This document shows, in pieces, positions 1 through 11,412 of a stretch of DNA of 39,639 nucleotides (positions are counted from its first letter, which is position 1; every line of letters begins with the position of its first letter). The position numbers were made by a program, and so were the translations under genes. The stretch covers positions 1 through 39,639 of the forward strand of contig RBZT01000644.1 in NCBI GenBank assembly GCA_003693705.1, written 5' to 3'. Under the pieces are notes generated by a model, which ran no database searches, was not told where the DNA came from, and worked only from the letters and a program-made list of their open reading frames with translations. Origin of the DNA: Polymyxa betae A26-41. Lineage: Eukaryota; Protista; Endomyxa: Phytomyxea.

Positions 1-530
1 ATCGTTTTTATGGATTGTGATTTTTCCTGGTTGTTTTATATTATGATTTTCTATGAAGTTGTTTATATTGGTTTGGCGTGTTATCGATGACGTGGTGGTC
101 CTTCGCATAGTGCCAAGATCGCTTGTCCGTTTTGGGATTTGATAAGGAACGATGGGAGGTTGAATACAACAATTTGTCGGTCCGTGTCGAATCGTGCCTT
201 CGGATGAGGCAGTACGTTGTTGGGAAGATTCCGCTCGATGGCCACGTCCTTGATTTGTTTGAATTGTCCTGATTTGGAGTTCGGTTGTCGTATATGCCTT
301 TTTTGTTTGCAAATATTGTACCTGGTTTCAGTTCATGGATGATCATGTCGCCACTATTTGTTATCTCCATGTGTTTGATGATTTGTTTGTTCAGCCATGG
401 GATCGATTGTCCGTAATTCTCCAACGTGACGAAAGGGTCAATAATTTCGCCTTTCTGGTCATGTTCAGCTTTAATAATGGCCATCGTATAGTTCGTCAGG
501 TCGCGTTGTATTTTTGGAGGTGGTTTATGG
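1..530 (-). mobile_element. Probable non-LTR retrotransposon (LINE) ORF1/gag-like fragment, frameshifted, running off the left edge
   Basis: Strongly A-rich minus strand. It reads IIDPFVTLENYGQSIPWLNKQIIKHMEITNSGDMIIHE, resembling the 'PF.i.k......v...rsGdllie' pattern of I/Jockey/Tad1-type ORF1. A second frame continues RQIVVFNLPSFL (RRM-like strand). It abuts the truncated copia RT. Confidence 0.35.
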
Positions 531-3500
531 TCATGTCATCTACCTTGGTCGCTGCGATCGCAATATCATCCACGTAGAGCGCCAACAGCATTATACTGTC
601 ATTGCTTCTCATCTTGAACATGCAGGGCTCTGTTTCGAGAGGTTTCAGGCCGAACTCGATCAGGAAACTCGAAATTGTTCGCCACCATTCTCTGCCGGCT
701 TGTTTAAGGCCGTAAATTGCTTTCTTCAGTTTGCAAACGAGTTCCTGGCCGCTTGTGTCCTTAACTTGGTATCCAACGGGTTGCCGCATGTAAATTTCAG
801 AGCTTAATGTTGAATTTAGGTAAGCAGTCGAGGTATCCATGTGGTGGATCACCATCTTCTTCGCGGCTGCAATTCCGAAGAATATTCGCAATCCGGTCAA
901 AGAAATTACGGGCGCAAAGGTCTCCAGGTAGTCTTCTCCGTGCTTTTGTGAAAGTCCTTGAGCGACTAATCGCGCCTTGTAGCTACTTGTTGTTCCGTCT
1001 GCATTTGTCTTGATCTTGTAAATCCATCTGCTTCCGACCCCGTTCTTGCCTTGAGGAGCTGGTACAAGTTCCCATATCTTGTTCTGCTTCATCGACGCCA
1101 TTTCCGTGTCCATCGCCGCTCGCCATTCGTCCGCGTCCGCACTCCGAACTGCTTCGTGGAAAGAGCTTGGCGTCTGGTCCTCCGTCGTCATCATGTACAG
1201 GTACTGGTCAGCGAATCGCTGTGGCGTTCGGATTTCTCTCCCGTATCGCGATCTTGCTTGATTTCCTTGTTTTGCATTATTGTTTTCGACTTCATCTTGT
1301 TCATTTTTATTTTCTTCTTCATCTTCAGAAATATGATCGTTATCTTGATTGTTGCTGTTCTCGTCATCACTATTTTCGGCATCTTGGTTTTCATTTTCGG
1401 TTTCTTCGAATTCTTCTTCATTCAATTCTTGATCACTTCGTCGACGACGATTAACTTTCCGCCAGATAATCGATTCTTGTTCATCAGAGCTCTTGTCATC
1501 ATCTTGCTGCTGCACGTTCTCGTTGAAGTTCTTCACGTCCCTTGAGACCACGATCCTTCCGTCCTTCAGCTGCACCATGAATCCGCTTTGATTGGTCGCG
1601 AGTCCGAGAAATCTGCATATTTCGGCTTTTCCATCCAATTTCCGTCTCTTCTGGTCCGGGATCATCACATACGCCTTGCATCCAAATTCGCGAGCCTTGC
1701 TTAAGTTTGGTTTGTGGCCAAAACGGACTTCGTAAGGAGATTTTCGATTCAATGTTCGAGATGGTGATCGGTTTCTGACGTAGGCTGCATAGGTGATGGC
1801 ATAAGTCCAGAAGCTTCGCGGAAGACTGTTGTGGGTGATCATGCTTCGTGCTGCCTCGACGATTGTTCGATTCGCGCGTTCCGAGATGCCGTTGTGTTCC
1901 GGAGTATAAACAGTGGAGGTAAAATGTTGAATTCCTTTGACTTCAAAGAATCTTTCAAAATTTTGGTTAACATATTCGGTTCCATTATCTGAAACAAAGT
2001 TTCGAATTGGTTGGTCCAAACCAGTTTCCGTTTTCAACTGACTATAAAATTTGCTAAACATTTCAAAAACTTCTGATAATTTCAAAAACTTCTGATTTTC
2101 TAAACATTGTATATATAGAAATGTGACGCGAAAAATCATCGATAAATGTGACAAAATATTTTTCACCATTTAAACCTTCAGTATGAAGAGGACCGCAAAC
2201 ATCCGAATGAATAATTTCTCCAACACGTTTGGAACGAATCGAAACATTACTGGGAGTATTCAAAGGTAAGTGAGCCATTTTACCGAGTGCACAGCCGTGA
2301 CATGAAACGTTTGGTGGTTTGCCAGTAGCAACAATGGCGCCAGATTTGTGCAACTCCTTAATTGAGCGATACGATAAGTGTCCGAGACGAAGGTGTCATA
2401 ACTGGTAAGATGCCGATGGGATGTTGTTCGATATGGCCACATTGCAATGGTCGCTGTCTTCTAAAAGTTTAAAAAGGTTGCCTACCCGTACTCCTTTCGC
2501 CACGATCCGATTCCTCTTCATCATCATGACGCCGTTCCGGGTGAATCGCACTTCGTCAATGCCGCTGTCCAGCGATTGCGAGACCGAGATCAGGTTGGCT
2601 CGAATTTTCGGTACCACTAGAGCGTCTTTGATAGTCAAATTTCCGCACTTATAATCTGCCAGTCCTTCTGCTCGAAGCCGTTGCCCATTCCCGATTGTAA
2701 TTTCGGAAGAGTCGGAGAATTCGGTGTATCGAACTAATCTTCCTGATGTCTCCTTCTTGGCCATGTGGGCCGTCGCTCCTGAATCGATGATCCAAGAGTT
2801 TCCGAACCCGCTGTGACCTGCGTCTCGGTCCGCGATGAAGGCTGCATGGAGAGCATCTTGAGATCTTGAGTTAGTTCGGCAGTATCTCGCTATATGACCG
2901 GTCTTTTGACAGCTGTAACAGATGATGTTTCCTCGTCCAGTTCGCTGATGGCTTCTGTTTCCGGTGCGCTGAGAGCGCGGGCCATTGTTTGAGACAAATG
3001 CAGCATCTGAACCTCTTATGTTCCTCGATTTTCTCTTGTTACTGTCAGCCTGGAGTGCCATAGCTTCATCGTTTAAATATTGAACGACTTCGTCCAATGA
3101 TTTCGCTTCGTCGCCATTCTGGTTTCTAATGTATGACGCCGCGTGGTTAAGTGTGTCTGGTAGTTTCTCTAGGATCGCGATTATCACATCATCGTCATCC
3201 AGTTTTGCGTCCATCTGCTCCAGCTCTCGCGCCTTCATCAGGATTGCATCCAGAAAAGACGCCATGCTTTTAAAGTCATCATATCGGAGATTATGTAGCT
3301 CTTGCCGTTTCCTGTACTTCTCCCTTCTGGTCTTTCCTTGGTGATAGGATGCCAGGCAGTCCCACATTAGCTTCGATGTAGCCTTGGAGATGATCTTGAT
3401 TTTCATCTCGTCATCAATGCATTTTGCAATCTGGGCCATGGCGATTGCTTCTCGACGGTTCCAGTCGTCGATGTTCTCTTGAATGACCGTGCTCCCATGC

Positions 3501-3658
3501 GCCATCACCGGGACTGTCTCTGTTCCCGCGATGATGTTCCATACGTCGGCAGCTTGAGCAGCGAGCCGGAATTCCCATGACCACAAAGCGAAGTTCGATT
3601 GCCCTAGTTTCGCCACTGTAAATTTCTGAACGTTCGTCAACGTTGCGTTCGAGCTCAT
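531..3658 (-). pseudogene. Copia gag-pol polyprotein, interrupted by an in-frame TGA (2396-2398) and a 19-bp duplication frameshift (2060-2097)
   Basis: ORFs 2396..3658 and 2063..2353 are in the same frame, separated by QL*HLRLGH (conserved LWHxRLGH). Removing one 19-bp copy restores MFRKSEVFEMFSKFY and joins ORF 496..2169. Confidence 0.92.
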
Positions 3659-3699
3659 ATTTGTCCTGCAGGAATCCTTGTCGCAGACTTTAGCGTAAT

Positions 3700-3713
3700 C
3701 TGGGCCGATAACC
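3700..3713 (-). other. Primer-binding site GGTTATCGGCCCAG (copia-type, internal/half tRNA-iMet priming)
   Basis: Immediately follows the LTR end ...ATTAACA on the minus strand and differs by one base from the canonical copia PBS GGTTATGGGCCCAG. Confidence 0.85.
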
Positions 3714-3937
3714 TGTTAATGTAGAAATAAAATGCTTGGTTCTTAGAAGTGGGTTAGCTAACTAACTTGTTTTATTGTGTTATTTCTATTGTCGATACAG
3801 TCACTATTGATTCAATTTGTTGACGCACGCCTCTGGCTCAATGATACGAGTACAGGCGGCGGGATCATCATCAGTTGCGTCAACATTTTACAGTACAGTA
3901 ATAAATGAATTTCTAGGGTTTCTATTATATTTCACCA
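3714..3937 (-). repeat. 5' LTR of the copia element (~224 bp)
   Basis: Minus strand begins TGGTGAAATATAATAG and ends ...CATTAACA next to the PBS; AT-rich, with AATAAA. The outer boundary is inferred because no second LTR is available. Confidence 0.7.
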
Positions 3938-4560
3938 TTATTCACTATTGCGGTTTCATGCTGACCAGATTCAAGGTCGTCTTTTAAAAACGGGGGAGAT
4001 GCACGTGCAGCACACTTGCGTTGAAGAAGACGAACCTGTGCGAAGTTTTCCAGATTACCGATCTCCAGACACACCTATATGCCTTGGCTTCTAAATGCTC
4101 TGCCAGCAACTCTGAAAGTTGATCAGATATAACGACCACCGCCCGTAGCAGACCAACGGCAACCAGAGGACTCACTCAAGATATGAACTAGATGGATCAT
4201 GCGATTTCAAGGTTGAAAAAGGAGATCCGATTTTTGGCGTTTTCTGATGGCTTGGGGATTATATTGTTAAAAATGTGAGTTGTCGGTTATTGTTGATTAT
4301 ATTGACACTAAACCTGTCAAACCGTACAGGATATCCCCAAGTTCCTGACTCAATAGGTAGTTCCCTTGGTATCAACAGAATCGCGGATTCGGGACAGGCT
4401 AGGCGTATAACTGTGTCCAGAGGCATGATACATTTGACGACATCACCATCGTTGTCGGACATATCGTTGCTCTCGAGTCGAAGCGAGTTAGCATTGATGA
4501 AAGCAACTATTACGAGGTGGAGAAGAAACTAAGAACTGCAGAGCGAATTCGTACATACAT
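3938..4560 (+). pseudogene. 3' half of a degenerate PP2C (PTC7-like) paralog, cut by the copia LTR
   Basis: YSLLRF, FKVEKGD/(frameshift)FLAFSDGLG and FDDITIVVGHIV parallel HLRF, FEVEENDLIIGASDGLW and RDDITVVIGHIV of the intact neighbouring gene. Confidence 0.75.
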
Positions 4561-5175
4561 TTGCAAAAGAAGAACGCTTGAATTAAACCACGACCAGTAA
4601 CTGTTCTAATTGAATTTGATGCTCGTTTCTGGGCGGCACCAACAGTTTTTGGATCTTGCATTATGATTTTGTCAAGGCGGTTTTGTCATCAGCATATGAG
4701 TGCCTTCTTAGATTGGTAATATATTTCGATAAACTCCTGAATATCATACAATGCACCACTGATGGCCATTAAGTCGAACTATGGAATGGATCGCATCAGA
4801 ATGGCATCGTCGACGATCAATTCAAACAGTCAGGTAAATAAATCGCGACAAAAAAGACAGCTCTGCCATCGATCTTTCGCTGGGTGCTCAACGGAGGGTC
4901 ATTCCAAAGGGTATGAAGCAACACTTGAAGATCGTCAAGATATCGATTATGGGATCATCAGAGGGGAAGACAACGATTGAGATGGATTGAGAATACTGAT
5001 AGCACATCTATAAATACAAGCAGGTGTCTCTATGGATAGAGGGACGTGATCGAGCCCCTCTGTAACGTATTAGGGTTTGGATGTGCACTCCCATGTGCAA
5101 AGGTCACGCATCATTTCTAGGAGACGGTTACTGGTCATCATTTCTAATCATTTCTATAGAGACTTTGCTGCAGAT

Positions 5176-6585
5176 ATGGCAGGTAAGATCACTGTTGTAA
5201 TAGCAGTATTCTGCCACCTGTTTGCCGATGCCAGTTGGTGCCTTCCATTCAGGAAGGCGTTCTCTGATTCAGATAGTGACTCGGAGTCGGCCTTTGGTCA
5301 AGATCTGCTGGTCTTCGAGGACAGTACTATGCATCATTTGAGGCCTAGTGAACAATTACGTATGGATATGTATGCGGCCAATGAGCCACATCCTGATAAA
5401 CATGTATATGACGGCGACGATGCGTATTTCACATCGCACGAGAAGCAGATTTTTGTAATCAACGATGGAGGTATTTAAGTGAAATTTTTGTATGAGAGAT
5501 CCAACATGTTGACCAGTTTCACGTACCGCCTCGGTACAACTTCGCTCATATCCGAACGTCGTTTCGCGGATTCTAGCTCTTAAAACTGTCCAGTCATTTA
5601 CAAGAACGATCGATTGGCGGATTGCAATGGACAAAGCCATCGATGAATTGCAAAGGTGCGGCATCGGTGGAACGACAACGACCATCGGTGAGCGCCAATG
5701 CAAATCCTCCTTTGCAGCGTTTTTGCATACTTTTTGTATGTGTTTTGTCTCAAATAACTTTGCAGTTGCTCGCAAACTATTGCTCAATCACCGCAATGTC
5801 GTGGCAGTCTACAATCTGGGCGATTCTCGCGTTGCACATTTGCGTTTCAACAAAAGGACTAAATCCTACGAATTCAGCGCGATCACAGAGGTCCAGAAGA
5901 GAGAGTTTGTCCAATATTTGTGATTGACGACGGCAAACTAATGGATTTATTAGCTGCGGGAACCATCCATTTCAGATCAGCGGTGATGAAAGCCGTTGGA
6001 AAGGACTTGGAGTCCTTCAGATGGATGAGTACAACTTCGAAGTTGAGGAAAACGATTTGATAATTGGGGCGTCGGACGGCCTGTGGGATGTGATGAATGC
6101 AGCCGTAAGACATTATTCTTCGTTTTCTAAAAACATAAATGCTCTTCAGGAAATAGCGCAAGTCGCCAGCAGGGTTTCTATCGATGCTTTGGCGATGACT
6201 TTAAAAAGATTGGTGAAAACTGATACCGTAAATCGATTCTTAGTTCTAAAGCTAGATTTAGGCTTTGCAAAGGCGAGAGAATCAAAAACGCAGGGACGAT
6301 ATCACCGTTGTGATTGGGCATATAGTGCATCCCAATTCAAAGCAGTGTTCCACAGATAAAAACAACTACGAATCGATAAAAGCGACCCTCAAGATAATCG
6401 CTCAAAGCATAGATATTACTGAAATCAGAGACTCTCAGCAGAAAAGAGATACTTCTGAAAGCAGCAAAGCTCAGCAATCCAGAGATAAACCAGAACGTAG
6501 CGGTGGTTCGTTTTTCTCTCCTGGCTATCGCAAGCAACGTTTATTTTCAAAACGGTTAAGTATGGTATCAGTACGAACTATATAA
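5176..6585 (+). CDS. Signal-peptide-bearing PP2C/PPM phosphatase, PTC7-like subfamily (about 6 exons); candidate secreted effector
   Basis: N-terminus MAGKITVVIAVFCHLFADASWC. Spliced motifs are PHPDK..GDDAYF, VINDG|V, GGTTT, NLGDS, HPFQI, DLIIGASDGLWD and DDITVV. GT-AG introns restore the frame. Confidence 0.85.
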
Positions 6586-6750
6586 ATAGACCCAATCAAA
6601 ATGAATCCACGACTGTCTAAATTCATCATGATCCATGAATCATGAAGCCATCCTTCCCATCCAGGCCTTCTTTAATTTTTTTGCGTGATGATAGCGGAGC
6701 CTCCTTCAGGAAAATTATTGTTGTCACTGTAGCCATCTCGGAATCCATCC

Positions 6751-9700
6751 ATGGAGACCGTTGCCCAAGACCTGTCCTTTCTGTCGTTTGGCGACCTCGA
6801 TGATCGCCAACTGGACGACACCGATGAAGAGGAAGAAGAAGCGGTTGCCTTACCGCCCCATGCCTGTAGCTATTGCGGCGTCCACAACCCTGCCTGTGTC
6901 GTCCAATGCCGAACCTGCCAACAATGGTTTTGTAATGGCGGAACTGGCATTGGCGGTAGCCATATTATTGCCCATTTGGTTCGATCAAAGCATAAGCGAG
7001 TTGCCTTACATAGAGATTCGCCTCTCGGCGATACTGCACTGGAATGCTATAATTGTTCATGTAGCAATGTCTTTTTGCTTGGCTTTATTCCAGCCAAACA
7101 GGTAATGTCATATATCAGCTTTTCACAGTTTCAATCACTTTCAGTAAGGCTTGGTGCTAATAGAAGCTGCATTTGCCAATTTTCTCATTACCCTGCTTCG
7201 TTTTCTTTTGTAAGCATTGACCTTTGTTTTTCTAGGAATCTGTAGTTGTTCTGCTCTGTCGAGAACCTTGTTTAAACGTATCGTCTATTAAGGAGATGAA
7301 CTGGGATGTCGACCAGTAATGCTGCTGTTCCTGGCTCAATTGTTGTTGTTGAGATGCTTTTAGGTGGCTGCCTCTCATTAGTGATCGATGTTTTCTTTCG
7401 TGGCTGGTACAGACTCCTTCAGACCAGGTACGTTTTATGTGTAGGTTTTCTCTGTGGGATATTTACATGCATCCGAAGGAAATGCTGGCTGCTCGACAAG
7501 TCACTCCTCAGCAAATCGCTAAATTGGAAGAATTACGATTGACTAAGCCGGACGCTACATTAGACGACCTTGAGCGTCCAGGAATTGATGACGAGCCCGA
7601 ACCTGTTCAGGTACCTTGCCTTGGTTTATTTTTCTTTATTATTGCTCTGTTACAAACTTGCATCTGTAAAGCCTGCTGCTCGTTTACCAATTCCTTGTCT
7701 AGGTCCGGTACACAGATGCTTATCAGTACCAGCGTATTTTCGATGCTTTGATTAAGCTTGAAGCGGACTACGATAGAAGATTAAAGGAATCCCAGACTCA
7801 AGTTGGCATCACTGTCAAATGGGATATTGCTTTGAACACGCATCTGCTGGGTAAATTCTTGCATTTTGCAATCCATCGTCGCAAGCTTATATGGTCCAGT
7901 TTACTTTCAGTTAAGCAGACGCGATGGTCCAGAACTGAAGGTCGTAATTGGCGACGAATTGGTTCTCCGCTACCCTGGTGATGCTACTAGAGGACCTTGG
8001 GAAAGTCGAGGACAGGCGAGATCTTTCAATTGACGCATATCATCGTCTCTTACTCCGCGATCAGGTGACGCAGATTACTGTTAACGAAGAGATCGTGTTG
8101 GAGTTGAAATCCAAGAAAGATGCACCAACCGACCAAACTTTTGGTTTTAGTGTCGACTTTGTTTGGAAGCCAACATCTTTTGAGCGAATGCACATGGCTT
8201 TGAAACGATTCGTTTTAGATGAATACTCGCTAACTGGTAAGTATTGTGTCTCTAGCTGTAATATTTTTTGAAATGCTGCATCAGGGTATCTGTTTCACCT
8301 GATCCTCGGCCATGATGTTGAGTCGCAAACGATCCGCGATGCTTCTTTACCTTCTGATTTATCTGCGCCAAACATTCCTATGCTTAATCAGTCCCAGATC
8401 GCTGCTGTCAAATCTGTCCTACAAAAACCACTCTCTCTTATTCAGGTTCGTTCGCTTTTCTGCTTGGAGTTCTTTGTCAATCCCTTTTCAGGGTCCACCT
8501 GGTACGGGGAAAACTGTCACTTCTGCTACAGTTGTTTATCATCTCTCTCAGCGCAACAAGAAATCTGGCAAGTATTCAATAGTATGCATTTTCTGTTTGT
8601 TAATTCCCACTAATAGGCCAAGTATTGGTCTGTGCGCCTTCTAACATTGCTGTCGATCAGCTGGCTGAAAAAATCCACCTAACTGGTTTGAAGGTACTTC
8701 CCAACTTTCCTGCTTGTTCAATATGTAATTTGCGCCAGGTTGTTCGTCTTTGCGCCAAATCGCGTGAAGCTGTCGAATCAACTGTGCAAATATTGACCCT
8801 GCATGATCTTGTTAGATCTCTGGCTGCACAAACGAACAATGAATTGCACAAGCTTACTTTGCTCAAAGTTCGTCCACTTCTTCCTGGGTGTATCAAGGCT
8901 TACTTTGATTTAGGATCAATTAGGAGAATTATCATCTCGGGATGAGAAGCGTTACAAACATTTGAGTCGTATTGCAGAGAGAGAAATTCTTCAGAATGCT
9001 GATGTAATTTGCTGCACATGTGCTGGAAGTGGCGATCCTAGGTTGAAGAACTTTAGGTACATCTGATTAAGCACTGTTCTCTTGTTTTGTCACTTAGAGC
9101 GGTTTCAGGTTTCGTCAAGTTCTTATTGATGAATCCACCCAAGCTACTGAACCGGAGTGCCTGATTCCTATCGTAAGAGGTGCTAAACAGGTCAGAACTT
9201 TTGTCTTGAAATTTTCTTTGTCTTTCTTCGTTTTGTTCAAAATTCATCATCTGTGTTTCTGAAAATCTGGCCATCAGGTTGTATTAGTTGGCGATCACTG
9301 CCAGCTGGGACCTGTTGTGATGTGCAAAAAGGCAGCGCAAGCTGGATTCGACCGTTCTTTGTTCGAACGGCTGATTCTCCTGGGAATTCGACCCATCCGA
9401 TTGCAGGTATATATATTCTCGTTATCGACGATGCTTTTTCTCGTTGCTTATAATGGATTCAGGTTCAATACCGAATGCACCCTTGCTTATCTACTTTTCC
9501 CTCGGCTACGTTTTATGAGGGAAGCTTACAGAATGGCGTAACTGAACAGCAACGTCTTCAGCACGATGTTCGTTTCTGTGTCCGTATCCATATATGAAAA
9601 GTAATCCTTTCCAGGTCGACTTTCCTTGGCCCACCCCAGACACTCCTATGATGTTCTATGTTGCTAACGGCCTTGAAGAGCTGTCGTCTTCAGGAACTTC

Positions 9701-10997
9701 ATATTTGAACCGGATCGAGTCTGCGATGGTCGAGAAAATTGTGACGACATTTTTGAATGCTGGATGTAGTCCTACGCAGGTTTGATGATTATCAAGCAAT
9801 CCGCCCTACCTAATGTTTATCATAAGATTGGCGTTATTACTCCTTATGAGGGACAGCGTGCTTTTATTGTTACTCATATGCTGAGAAGGTTGGTTCATCC
9901 GATGTCGATGTCTTTATCGTCCTTTACATTGTACAGTGGTCCTTTGCGAAAGTCACTTTATGAAGCTATCGAAGTGGCAAGCGTTGATGCTTTCCAAGTA
10001 ATAATTGACACTGGCATGGGATTTATATCTAACTATCGTAGGGGCGTGAAAAAGACTATATTATCATGTCAAGTGTTCGGAGCAATGAAGGCCAGGTTCG
10101 ATGTATAATATCGTTGCCTTTTGAAATCTGACTGCCTTAGGGAATTGGTTTTTTGAATGACCCACGGCGGTTGAATGTCGCATTAACCAGAGCCAAATAT
10201 GGCTTAGTTGTTCTCGGCAACCCTAGAGTCTTATCGCGTTCAATTCTATGGAACAATCTTCTTCATCATTTCAAGTCATACGACACCCTTGTTGAAGGCC
10301 CTCTTAGCAATTTACAAGTGTCGGTCATGAAATTCGATCGACCACGAAAATATGTCAACCGGTAATTGCAACCGATTTTTTGGAGATCATTCATACATTG
10401 AAATTGCTTACGGTTCGCTAAGGTTTATGCCCTTCCGTCAGTCAGTCCATGATGATTTGGATGAGAATTCTTCTGTTCCTGATTCAAGTGACTATTCTCG
10501 TGAGTTGCCTCCGAGTCAAACATCTCGGCCTGCTACTCAGCAGAAGCCTATTGGGTATAACATGTTTCCTCCTTTTTCGTGGTTTTTGTTGCATTGTCAA
10601 TACTGCTGCATCTGAGCATCTTGCTGACGAGTTATAGGCCGCCAAATCCTTCTCGAGCGAATTCCACTGGAGCAACCTATATGACTTCTGCTCATTCTTC
10701 TGCTTCTCTGCCAACATCCGCGAATGGTGTATATTCCGCTCATGGAACGCCAGTTTATGCTTATGCTCATCCCGGTCTCATTGATCCTACTGTTTCACAT
10801 CGCCAGCGTCAACGTCCAGCTGCCCCAGTTCGTACAAACAGGCAGTCTGCACTTATGACACAGGTATTCTGTCTGAAAATGTGCAAAAATCCCATTCTAA
10901 ATTTGCTATTTAGGAGAATTACGAATCTCAGCAATCTCAGCTCGATGATGATTATCTTTTAAGTCAAACCCAGGACTACGATGACAGTAACTACTAG
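6751..10997 (+). CDS. UPF1: Regulator of nonsense transcripts 1, SF1 RNA helicase (~22 introns)
   Basis: CH zinc domain ([47 protein letters not shown]), [68 protein letters not shown] and a C-terminal SQ/TQ-rich tail. Stop TAG at 10995-10997. Confidence 0.98.
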
Positions 10998-11412
10998 TTT
11001 GATCCGCGAGACTGCCGAACAAGGAACGAATGTCCTTTTGCGGCACCTAGTCAAGATCGAAGTTGCAGTTATCTGCGTTTCGATTGCAGGGCTAACTTCT
11101 GGTTTTTGGTGTTTTGGGCGGACTCTAGCTTCATGGGATGCTTCCTGTTAGATTCTGTCTTCTTGAAGTATAAGCAGATAAGGCATAAATCCTGGATATT
11201 AGCGCTCCTATTGAGGCGTTGTCACTTCTCGTTTACGTTTATAGTGCTGTGTTAGTTATGTACTCTTGGATATATGTGATGGTTTAAGCGCTGTTGGTGA
11301 TGGCGAAACCGGAAAATGTAGTAAATATTTAACCCCAATCCCTGATCACTAAAATTGCGGACGGGAACAGTGACTCAGTTGTACCGGGATCGGTCCAGCA
11401 ATCGGTACATGG

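Larger units (their letters stand above)
531..3937 (-). mobile_element. Ty1/copia LTR retrotransposon, disabled and 3'-truncated (5' LTR, PBS, gag, protease, integrase, N-terminal RT)
   Basis: Domain order is gag - CCHC knuckle (CYSCQKTGHIARYC) - protease (WIIDSGATAHM) - GAG-pre-integrase - integrase (IHSDVCGP, FIDDFSR, SDNGTEY, PEHNGISERANRT) - RT (YKARLVAQG, LKKAIYGLKQAGREW, LYVDD). There is no RNase H or 3' LTR in the window. Confidence 0.97.

Noticed and set aside
1051-1545. Hydrophobic plus-strand ORF as an env-like or membrane gene
   Set aside because: It is the antisense shadow of the Glu/Asn/Asp-rich integrase-RT linker.
2396-2398. Programmed stop read-through or frameshift between gag and pol
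   Set aside because: The TGA replaces the conserved Trp of LWHxRLGH after the protease, and the frameshift is explained by a 19-bp duplication. Both look like ordinary lesions.
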